Shown: positions 62,712 through 64,000 of the stretch, piece after piece
Layout: each line of letters begins with the position of its first letter
Position numbering within the stretch: position 1 is the stretch's first letter
Assembly: GCA_963730815.1 (NCBI GenBank)
Contig: CAVSTD010000001.1
Span: 147,941 to 211,940, forward strand
Direction: 5' to 3'
Length of the DNA: 64,000 nucleotides
Origin: an uncultured Thermoplasmata archaeon
Lineage (GTDB): Archaea > Thermoplasmatota > Thermoplasmata > Lutacidiplasmatales > UBA184
Program-made: the position numbers and the translations under genes
The notes under the pieces: generated by a model
Database searches by the model: none
What the model was told of the DNA's origin: nothing
The model's input: only the letters and a program-made list of their open reading frames with translations

Positions 62712-63103
62712 CCCGAGTTGGCCCCCGGCGCGACGGCGGGATCTTCCGCGATTTCCCGCGACCCCGGGGCGCGCCGACGGGCGTGGGGCGAACGGGCCGT
62801 GGGTCGATGGAGATCCCGGTCCGGCCGAGCGGCGGAACGGAGTTCGGCCCGCAGGAGGCCGTGGACGAGCCCGCCTTCCTGTTCGGTACGACGGTCTTCC
62901 GAGTAGCTCTCGAGGAACCGTTCCGACCAGACGACGTATCCGACGCCCAAGACGCCGAGACCGAGGACCCCGAGCCACCCGGCGAACCAGTATGGCACGG
63001 CGACCGCGAAGACCACGAGCGCGAAGGTGAGCGACACCAACGTGAAGAACGACCGGTCGACGTCCCGTTCGGCCCGTCGGTCCCGGTGGGAGTATTCCAT
63101 CAC
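62702..63103 (-). CDS. small membrane protein (2 TM), C-terminal tail uncertain
   Basis: FFTLVSLTFALVVFAVAVPYWFAGWLGVLGLGVLGVGYVVW. The Arg-rich tail after ~residue 85 looks non-genic. Confidence 0.4.
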   Translation of the reverse strand: MMEYSHRDRRAERDVDRSFFTLVSLTFALVVFAVAVPYWFAGWLGVLGLGVLGVGYVVWSERFLESYSEDRRTEQEGGLVHGLLRAELRSAARPDRDLHRPTARSPHARRRAPGSREIAEDPAVAPGANSGQR

Positions 63104-63131
63104 GGCTCGGACCGGCTCCGGCGGAATCCGT

Positions 63132-64000
63132 TCACCCGGTGCGACGCGATTTGCCGCGACGCAGGAGGAGGTACTCGAGGATCGCCTTCTGAGCGTGCAA
63201 ACGGTTCTCGGCCTGGTCCCACACCGCGGCCTGCGGTCCGTCCAGAACCGAATCGGTGATCTCCTGGCCGCGGTGGGCGGGTAGGTCGTGAAGGACGAAC
63301 GCCGTGGGCTTCGCCAAGGCGACGAGCGCGTCGTTCACCTGGAATCCTCGGAACGCTTCTTCGCGGGCGGCGGTCTCGGCCTCCTCGCCCATCGAGACCC
63401 AGACGTCGGTGTAGATCGCGTCCGCGCCGTGCACGGCGTCTCGAGGGTCGTTGGTGAAGGAGAGGGCGGACCCCAAACGGCGAGCGAGGACCTCCGCGGC
63501 CCGAACGTACTCGGGTTGGGGTCGGTAGCCGGCAGGGGTCGCGACGGCCAGGTCGAGACCCATCGCCGCCGCGCCGAGGAGGAGCGAATGCAGGACGTTG
63601 TTGCCGTCTCCCACCCACGCGAGTCGGCGGCCGCGGAATTTGCCCTTCCAGCGCTCTCTCATCGTGAGCAGGTCGGCGGCGATCTGGCAGGGGTGCTCGA
63701 GGTCGTCGAGCGCGTTGATGACCGGGACCGTGGCCCACCGAGCGAGTTCCACCATGTCCGTATGCCGGAACGCGCGGTAGCAGACCGCATCGACGAATCG
63801 GGAGAGCACCCGGGCCGTGTCGGCGATCGTTTCGCCCCGACCGAGCTGCAGGTCCTTCGAGGAAAGGTAGAGGGCGTGGCCTCCGAGGTCGTTCATCGCG
63901 ACCTCGAAGGAGGTTCGGGTTCGCGTGGAGGGCTTCTCGAAGATCATCGCGAGGTTCTTTCCAACGAGGGTCGGGCGTCGCACCCCTTGAGCCCGCTCGG
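63132..64000 (-). CDS. argF: ornithine carbamoyltransferase (5' end runs past the window edge)
   Basis: FEKPSTRTRTSFE, HPCQ, DVWVSMG, HDLPAHRGQE. The frame stays open upstream of GTG 63983 to position 64000 (..ERAQG). Confidence 0.9.
   Translation of the reverse strand, partial: ERAQGVRRPTLVGKNLAMIFEKPSTRTRTSFEVAMNDLGGHALYLSSKDLQLGRGETIADTARVLSRFVDAVCYRAFRHTDMVELARWATVPVINALDDLEHPCQIAADLLTMRERWKGKFRGRRLAWVGDGNNVLHSLLLGAAAMGLDLAVATPAGYRPQPEYVRAAEVLARRLGSALSFTNDPRDAVHGADAIYTDVWVSMGEEAETAAREEAFRGFQVNDALVALAKPTAFVLHDLPAHRGQEITDSVLDGPQAAVWDQAENRLHAQKAILEYLLLRRGKSRRTG

Noticed and set aside
1-64000. A mobile element, genomic island, prophage, defence island or CRISPR array somewhere in the window.
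   Set aside because: I found no transposase, integrase, Cas, restriction, toxin-antitoxin or phage-like genes, no repeat-spacer arrays, and no long terminal or direct repeats. The single tRNA gene has no adjacent integrase. Non-coding gaps are all 313 nt or shorter.

Overview
This is a gene-dense, high-GC (about two-thirds G+C by eye) archaeal chromosomal segment. I support about 75 protein genes and one tRNA, and I saw no rRNA, CRISPR array, transposase, integrase or phage genes. The archaeal assignment rests on several markers:
- EF-1alpha/S10, and an S13-S4-S11-RpoD block.
- Archaeal-type SAM synthetase, Elp3, Orc1/Cdc6, Pelota, diphthine synthase, aMBF1, TrmY, an NreA-like repair factor and a Hef-like helicase.
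- TATA boxes about 25-31 nt upstream of the start codons of first genes, and GGAGG-type ribosome-binding sites with ATGA/GTGA overlaps inside operons.

The gene content and EF-1alpha sequence look Thermoplasmatota-like. That lineage call is an impression, not a computed result.

Isoprenoid and membrane-lipid genes recur: isopentenyl-phosphate kinase with type-2 IDI, UbiX divergent from a thiolase and a DUF35 fusion protein, a Tes-like radical-SAM tetraether synthase, and archaetidylserine synthase with its decarboxylase.

The most unusual observations are:
1. A kdpFABC K+-ATPase operon broken by at least 12 frame changes, while the flanking kdpF and a KdpQ-like Usp gene are intact.
2. Four further single frame breaks at G/C runs in otherwise conserved genes (MiaB-like, Hef-like, CPA2 antiporter, MFS).
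3. A 28-nt core-promoter block (22/28 identical, including CGATATCGGAAT) shared by a PadR gene and an ABC-2 exporter operon. The exporter copy also carries a possible 42-codon leaderless small ORF coupled to the ATPase gene.
4. A tandem ribbon-helix-helix gene directly upstream of an FtsZ paralog, with a perfect 9-bp inverted repeat at its 5' end.
5. Several unusual domain fusions: GcvH-like plus TusA-like next to a rhodanese, PEP-swivel-like plus Nudix, and a condensing-enzyme-like domain plus DUF35.

Many long ORFs in the supplied track are Arg/Pro/Gly-rich shadow frames typical of high-GC DNA and were not called. All family assignments come from reading the translations by eye. No searches were run.
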